From a virus, in IMG/VR virus record IMGVR_UViG_3300027741_000025, positions 32,001 through 96,000 of that record: a DNA stretch of 64,000 bases. The stretch is one strand, 5' to 3'. Within the stretch, counting starts at the first letter, position 1. Every line of letters starts with the position of its first letter. The translations under genes were made by a program, and so were the position numbers. Positions 58,825-64,000 of the stretch are shown here, one piece after another. The notes beneath the pieces are model-generated. The model was not told where the DNA came from. It did not search any database and saw nothing but the letters and a program-made list of their open reading frames with translations.

Positions 58825-61428
58825 TTATGTTAAATAACCTTGTAATTGAATATCACTAATTTTTCCTAAGAAAAAAGTAGTAGAATTAACACCATCAGTA
58901 ACGCCATATCTATTTGAGCTATCTGTAACAGATATCTTATAGTAAAAATAAGAGTCTGGTGATGCTATGGCAAAAGTTGCCGAAGAACCAACTTCAACAA
59001 GGGTTCTGGTATCGAGCAGCGTCCATGAGTTAAATGTATTGGCTCCATATACTTTGAATGAATACTTTACCGGAGCGCCGGTAATGTTATCAAAATCAGC
59101 CCACATTTTATATGATGTTAATATTATTGGATAGTCAAATCCAAGATATCCATCTTTTGTTCTGTTTGTTGGCACCCCATTGGCACTACTTGCGACTTCA
59201 AAACTCCATTGACCTAGCTTAGCTAGATTTCCAGTTAAGCCAAGAATTGTTCCCATATTAAATACAGTACCAAAGGAATCAGAGTTTGTCAAAACACCAG
59301 AATTATTAAGATATTTAACTGTTGGTAATAATGTGTTGTATCCATGCAATGCACAAGGTGTTGTTGTGCTTTCATATCCCCAAAGCTGAATTTCACCAAT
59401 TTGAGTATCATAATTACAGAGACCGAGTGTTGCTGTTGGTGTTGGAGTTTTGGTTGGTGTTAGAGTTTTAGTTGGTGTTGAAGTTTTAGTTGGTGTCGGT
59501 CCAGGCAATCTAGTTGTTGTTGTTGGTGTTGTTGTTGGTGTTGTTGTTGGTGTTGTTGTTGGTGTTGGCGCAAGGGTTTCTGTTGGATCGGGTGTTGAAT
59601 CAGGTGGTGTTGGTCCCAAACATCTATAGCCATTTCTTCCCCCTGTAGAAATAACAAGTTTATATACTTTATAAGCTACAGGCGCCGGTATTGTGAATTC
59701 AGAGTAACTACTCAAACTTGGATCTGTTGATGTTGCATATGGCAATCTTGGTTGATTTGATCTGGTGTCAACTACATTCCAAGATATTTCATCGTTACTA
59801 CCATGCAGCGTCCAAGCTTGCGGAGTTTGATTACCAATATCTACATATCTGCCTTCAACACCATAATTAGCTAAAAATCCATTCCACATTCTATACTTTG
59901 TTACTACAGTTGGAATTCTAAAATCAAACAAAAATATTGGGAAAGAATTATTACTAAAGCTATATGAATCGCTTAACACATATTGAAGAGGAAGTTCACC
60001 ATTAAGAATACAGGCATTGGCGGGATTTACTACAGTATTAAAATACTGTCTGTAGTCAGGATTTATTAATATTGGTGGATTGTATTTTACTCCACCACCA
60101 ACCAACGCCCTAGGCGTGCCAGGCGCTGCTGTTAGCGTTGGTGTTGCTGTTGGACCAGGTGTTTTTGTTACTGTTGGTGTGGGCGTTACTGTTGGTCTGA
60201 GTGTTGCAGTCGGTCTAGGTGTTGCTGTTGGACCCGGCGTTTTGGTTGCCGTCACCGTTGGTGTTGGACCAGGTGTTTTAGTTAATGTTGGTGTTGGACC
60301 AGGTGTTTTAGTTAATGTTGGTGTTGGACCAGGTGTTTTAGTTAATGTTGGTGTTGGACCAGGTGTTTTAGTTAATGTTGGTGTTGCCGTGGGTGTTGCT
60401 GTTGGTCCAAGTGTAGCTGTGGGTGTTGCTGTTGGTCCAAGTGTAGCTGTGGGTGTTGCTGTTGGATAATAACAAACATCTATATTTGCTGTAAATGATC
60501 CGCTATTATCACCTCTTACATTATCGTTTGTTGCAAGGTAAAGTCTACCTGCTCCGACAGCAAAAGATTCAAAAGAAGACCCAGCACAAAACGGTTGACC
60601 GCTTAACCCTATTTTGGCAATAATTGCCTCATGTCTACATGGGCTTATAACATTGTCGATATTGTATAAAGAGTTTGGTAACTGGGCATCCGTTAGTCCA
60701 TCCGGATCAGAATTATAGTTCGGGCTGTTCATGAACGAATTTACTATTCCGGTTGCATTTATTTTTAAGTAACCAGAAACATCAATTTCACTATCTTGCC
60801 AGGGTATAGTAGGATCAATAATAAACGATTTTTGGCAATAAGGAGTTGATGTTGGTGTTGGTGATATTGTGGTAGGACAACAAGAACAATTGCATATAGG
60901 CTTGGGTTTTGTACACTCTACCAAACTATCAATTGCAAGCTTGAGCCCTGTACCTTTTTCTACTCTTATTACAACAGTATTGTTGCCATCTACTATATCG
61001 CAAGCATAGTTGTAGTTTTCGTTGTATGGAACAAGATCTTTTGATCTTTTGTTCCATTCTTCAAGGTTATTTTGGAAGTAAAATCTGACATCTTTTGATA
61101 CCGGGCAAGATAATCCACAAAGATCAAAGTGTCCGAATTTGTTTGGAATTTGATCGAGAGAACCAGCGCCATAGCAATCTTCCCAAGATATAAATATCGT
61201 ATTGACACCTGGTGTTGGCTCTGGCGTTGGCTCTGGCGTTGGCTCTGGCGTTGTGAGCGTACAACAAGACACGTAATCGAGATCGTTCCAACTTTTAGTT
61301 CCATTGCCGATTTTTAATCTTCCTGTGTTTATCTCAAACCCAGGTTCACCCAAAGCTAAAATCGGATTAGCATCATACCACTCTTGAGAAGTTCCATTTC
61401 TTAATTGTATTTGCTTGAATATTGTCAT
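58825..61428 (-). CDS. Fibre/adhesin: Mtd-type N-domain, LecA(PA-IL)-like lectin, Pro/Thr stalk, two discoidin-like domains
   Basis: N-terminus paralogous to 55167-57509. PWQDS...AIIAKIG...GRLYLATND....DNSGSF and [11 protein letters not shown] motifs. Confidence 0.8.
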   Translation of the reverse strand: MTIFKQIQLRNGTSQEWYDANPILALGEPGFEINTGRLKIGNGTKSWNDLDYVSCCTLTTPEPTPEPTPEPTPGVNTIFISWEDCYGAGSLDQIPNKFGHFDLCGLSCPVSKDVRFYFQNNLEEWNKRSKDLVPYNENYNYACDIVDGNNTVVIRVEKGTGLKLAIDSLVECTKPKPICNCSCCPTTISPTPTSTPYCQKSFIIDPTIPWQDSEIDVSGYLKINATGIVNSFMNSPNYNSDPDGLTDAQLPNSLYNIDNVISPCRHEAIIAKIGLSGQPFCAGSSFESFAVGAGRLYLATNDNVRGDNSGSFTANIDVCYYPTATPTATLGPTATPTATLGPTATPTATPTLTKTPGPTPTLTKTPGPTPTLTKTPGPTPTLTKTPGPTPTVTATKTPGPTATPRPTATLRPTVTPTPTVTKTPGPTATPTLTAAPGTPRALVGGGVKYNPPILINPDYRQYFNTVVNPANACILNGELPLQYVLSDSYSFSNNSFPIFLFDFRIPTVVTKYRMWNGFLANYGVEGRYVDIGNQTPQAWTLHGSNDEISWNVVDTRSNQPRLPYATSTDPSLSSYSEFTIPAPVAYKVYKLVISTGGRNGYRCLGPTPPDSTPDPTETLAPTPTTTPTTTPTTTPTTTTRLPGPTPTKTSTPTKTLTPTKTPTPTATLGLCNYDTQIGEIQLWGYESTTTPCALHGYNTLLPTVKYLNNSGVLTNSDSFGTVFNMGTILGLTGNLAKLGQWSFEVASSANGVPTNRTKDGYLGFDYPIILTSYKMWADFDNITGAPVKYSFKVYGANTFNSWTLLDTRTLVEVGSSATFAIASPDSYFYYKISVTDSSNRYGVTDGVNSTTFFLGKISDIQLQGYLT

Positions 61429-61459
61429 TATAAATTGTTTGCTTAATTGTCAAAAGACT
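60875..61459. repeat. Direct repeat copy 2
   Basis: Matches copy 1 at 56971-57555. Confidence 0.9.
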
Positions 61460-62129
61460 TAAGTTTAGCTTCTACTTGTTTGTGGGCTATTTCAATCTGT
61501 TTATACCTTGTTAATAATCTATCTTTGGCTATTCTATCGTTGGTGGCATCAATTTGAGTTTTAAGTAAGTTTAATTCACCCAACTTTTTATTTAAATCCT
61601 CCATCACATCGACATATTTTAAATCTCTTTCCGAAAGCCAATTGATGGAGAGTTTATCCTTTATTCCATCTTTTAATTCGATGTAAACGAAATCACCTTC
61701 TCTTTTTACAAAGAGTCCTTTTTTTTGTTCTGTTCCTTCTTTGTTTGTCCAAACATGATTCTTTTTTGGCTCAACGTATTTACCTCCACCAAGACTAGAT
61801 CCGGAATCATCAAAAGAAATCGGACCATTTTTATTTTTTTTCATTGCTTGTTTTAAAACTGCAGCAGCACCAAGACCCAAATTAGTCAATAGACCAAAAA
61901 CACTTTCTTCACATTTAAACTCGGGATGCTCAGCTTCTAAATATTCTTTGAATGTTTTTCTTTTTTTGTTTGGTAGCCCTTTATGCTTAGTAGAAGCAAA
62001 ATCTTTTGCATCTTTTTTGTTGATATTATCTGCAACTTTTTTAATTTTTGGACTCAAACATTCGCCTGTTTTTTGACATTTACGAACTAATCCGAAAAAT
62101 CTTTGTTGAGATTTACTTTTACTGGGCAT
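61443..62129 (-). CDS. Composite protein: basic N-module, hydrophobic segment, SHD1-like domain, coiled coil
   Basis: [13 protein letters not shown]...[11 protein letters not shown], then WTNKEG.....G.FV......V.IE..DG....L....LS..D..YV. Confidence 0.7.
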   Translation of the reverse strand: MPSKSKSQQRFFGLVRKCQKTGECLSPKIKKVADNINKKDAKDFASTKHKGLPNKKRKTFKEYLEAEHPEFKCEESVFGLLTNLGLGAAAVLKQAMKKNKNGPISFDDSGSSLGGGKYVEPKKNHVWTNKEGTEQKKGLFVKREGDFVYIELKDGIKDKLSINWLSERDLKYVDVMEDLNKKLGELNLLKTQIDATNDRIAKDRLLTRYKQIEIAHKQVEAKLKSFDN

Positions 62130-62198
62130 TTGATATCCTTTTATAAATTTAATTACTTAAATATATATAATAACAACACTATTAAATAATGGAACAGC

Positions 62199-62585
62199 AT
62201 GAAATCATTCAAATTATTCTCAGAGAAAAAAGACAACGATCTTGCAAAAAATGATATTCATAAAATAATAGAATATAGCAAAAAATTACAAGAAATCATC
62301 AAAACCAACATAGAATTAGAAGATTGGGTTAAAGCTAAATTAACCCATGCCGAAGACTATCTTAATACAGTATATGATTATTTGATGTTTTATAAGCAAG
62401 ATAATAAAAACGAAAACTCAAAAATGGCTGTGGGAGACCTAAAAAGTATATTGTATAAGGCTATAGAAATAGAAAAGCTTTTAAATAAAAAAGATATAAA
62501 AGATTGGGTTAAGGCTAAATTAAACTTGGCTGGTGAGTATATGGATGATATTTTCCACCACTTAGACTATAATAAAAACAAATGA
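62199..62585 (+). CDS. Tandem-repeat phage protein
   Basis: Two copies of DWVKAKL..A..Y...V/I...L, N-terminus MKSFKLFSE. Confidence 0.75.
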   Translation: MKSFKLFSEKKDNDLAKNDIHKIIEYSKKLQEIIKTNIELEDWVKAKLTHAEDYLNTVYDYLMFYKQDNKNENSKMAVGDLKSILYKAIEIEKLLNKKDIKDWVKAKLNLAGEYMDDIFHHLDYNKNK

Positions 62586-63034
62586 AACCAGAAAAAGTAG
62601 TATTTCTTGATATTGACGGTGTTTTAAACACCGATAAGCATTTAAGAAAATTTGGTCGAGATTATATTGACCAAAAATTGACTTCGATACTAAGAACTAT
62701 AGTGCTTCAAACAAAAGCAGAAATAGTACTTAGTTCAACGTGGAGGTTAGATGAGTATGCAAAAAATTTAGTTAAAAAAGCTCTGGAGATCAAAGATTTA
62801 AAGTTTATATGCTGTACACCGCATATTGAAAGCACAACAAAAAAAAGAACACACAGATCAGAAGAAATCAAAAAATGGCTTGAAAAACACAAAAGTGTCA
62901 AAAAATACGCAGTGCTGGACGACAGAGATGACGCAGGCTATGGAATTGAAAAAAGTTTTTTTCAAACAGATCCCAGAGTAGGCTTAACTTATTCAATAGC
63001 AGAAAAAATAGTGAGTCATTTAAATGATGACTAA
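62582..63034 (+). CDS. HAD-superfamily phosphatase (Swiss-army-knife RNA-repair type)
   Basis: FLDIDGVLN, IVLSSTWR, EI..WL, YAVLDD. Confidence 0.88.
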   Translation: MKPEKVVFLDIDGVLNTDKHLRKFGRDYIDQKLTSILRTIVLQTKAEIVLSSTWRLDEYAKNLVKKALEIKDLKFICCTPHIESTTKKRTHRSEEIKKWLEKHKSVKKYAVLDDRDDAGYGIEKSFFQTDPRVGLTYSIAEKIVSHLNDD

Positions 63035-63990
63035 AAGCCTATTTTAGGCTTTTCTTCTTTTTTGGAGTAATTTTCTTCTTCGTTGTATATCTCAGCCAAA
63101 GTCATAGGAACATCTGTTTTTCTCTTAGACTTCATGCTTTTAAATATTTTATTGCAATTTTCAGGAGACAGAACATCAAATTCATGCTCTATTAAAAGCC
63201 TGCCTTTTCTCACAAGAGCTGAATCTATTTTTTCTTTGTTTATATTGAACGTTGCGATTATTAAAATATTTAAACAATCTCCAAGAACACCATCAGTTAT
63301 GTTTAATATGTTGCTTATCGCATTGTTATCCTGATTCTCTCTGCTCCTTAAAGCTTTTTCGGCATCCTCCAACAAAAGTATGGAGTTTCTATAGCCCATT
63401 ATAAAGCTTAAAAAATCAGGATTAGTCAGTTGATCGGCAGAGCCAGAAGACAAATAGATTACTTTTCTATCTGTTTTGGTTGTCAAATATTTTATGAAAG
63501 TACTTTTACCAGTACCTGGCTTACCCGATAATAAAACCAAGCCATTTTTATTTTTCTTTGTATAATCAATTATTTTATCAAACTTATCAGAAGCAGATTT
63601 TCCATAATTTAATTCCAGGTCTATTTTTTTATCTGGAAGCTTCACTTCAAACTTTTGTGTTGTAAGCATTCCATCCAAGCTACAAAGCAAATAGACATTT
63701 TTTTTCTTTTTATCTTCTGCCAAGAACTCCATACATTCTTTGACTTTATTTAAGGTTTCTTCTTTTTGATAAAGTATCTTGCAATTATAATTTTTGAAAT
63801 CTTTTTTATTTATATTGACGTTTGATTCAACGTCATCAGCCTCCGACCCATCCAGAAAGAAATCTATTTTGTTAATTAAATCTTTTTTGCGAAAAAATTG
63901 AATTACCAAATCTTCGTATTCATAGCAAGACTCTATATTGTTTATTTTATTTTTTCCATTATCACTTTTTTCTAAATCAAAAGTGAACAC
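63031..63990 (-). CDS. AAA+ ATPase (start may lie beyond the window end)
   Basis: Walker A GKPGTGKS, Walker B LLLED, LN..DG, IDSALVRKGR. Confidence 0.9.
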   Translation of the reverse strand: MFTFDLEKSDNGKNKINNIESCYEYEDLVIQFFRKKDLINKIDFFLDGSEADDVESNVNINKKDFKNYNCKILYQKEETLNKVKECMEFLAEDKKKKNVYLLCSLDGMLTTQKFEVKLPDKKIDLELNYGKSASDKFDKIIDYTKKNKNGLVLLSGKPGTGKSTFIKYLTTKTDRKVIYLSSGSADQLTNPDFLSFIMGYRNSILLLEDAEKALRSRENQDNNAISNILNITDGVLGDCLNILIIATFNINKEKIDSALVRKGRLLIEHEFDVLSPENCNKIFKSMKSKRKTDVPMTLAEIYNEEENYSKKEEKPKIGF

Positions 63991-64000
63991 CTTGACTGCA

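Noticed and set aside
55167-61428. Diversity-generating retroelement suggested by Mtd-like N-termini and a duplicated segment
   Set aside because: No reverse transcriptase in the window. The duplication is N-terminal and its differences are not adenine-specific.
1-64000. Alternative genetic code (stop-codon reassignment)
   Set aside because: Genes are full length in the standard code, and TAA, TAG and TGA all terminate genes at sensible boundaries.
1-64000. tRNA or rRNA genes
   Set aside because: Intergenic spaces are short and no cloverleaf or T-loop signature was recognised by eye. tRNAscan would be needed to exclude them fully.

Overview
AT-rich, densely coding segment of a large (jumbo-type) contractile-tailed bacteriophage read in the standard genetic code. 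From left to right: (1) a DnaG-type primase; (2) a non-autonomous IS200/IS605 TnpB element inserted exactly at a TGATG stop/start overlap; (3) an actin-fold ATPase cluster; (4) three paralogous PKD-type virion proteins and two Pro/Thr-rich (mucin-like) fibre proteins; (5) a T4-like baseplate module (wedge, gp6/J, gp25, gp5/VgrG, hub, gp53/LysM, tube initiator) and a 1623-aa tape measure; (6) head-associated small genes including a gp2-like end protector; (7) a CCA-adding-like nucleotidyltransferase with degenerate catalytic motifs; (8) a block of 11 glycosyltransferase/methyltransferase genes, one resembling HPAT/SERGT peptide O-glycosyltransferases; (9) patatin and MscL; (10) a second, recently duplicated array of Pro/Thr-rich adhesin/lectin proteins; (11) HAD and AAA genes. 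The best candidate for an undescribed system is a phage-encoded O-glycosylation island that decorates mucin-like virion fibres. Also notable are a TATATA element 4-10 nt upstream of many start codons, recurrent T4 capsid-targeting-like N-termini, and unusually Cys-rich structural proteins. All family assignments come from motif recognition by eye; no database searches were run.
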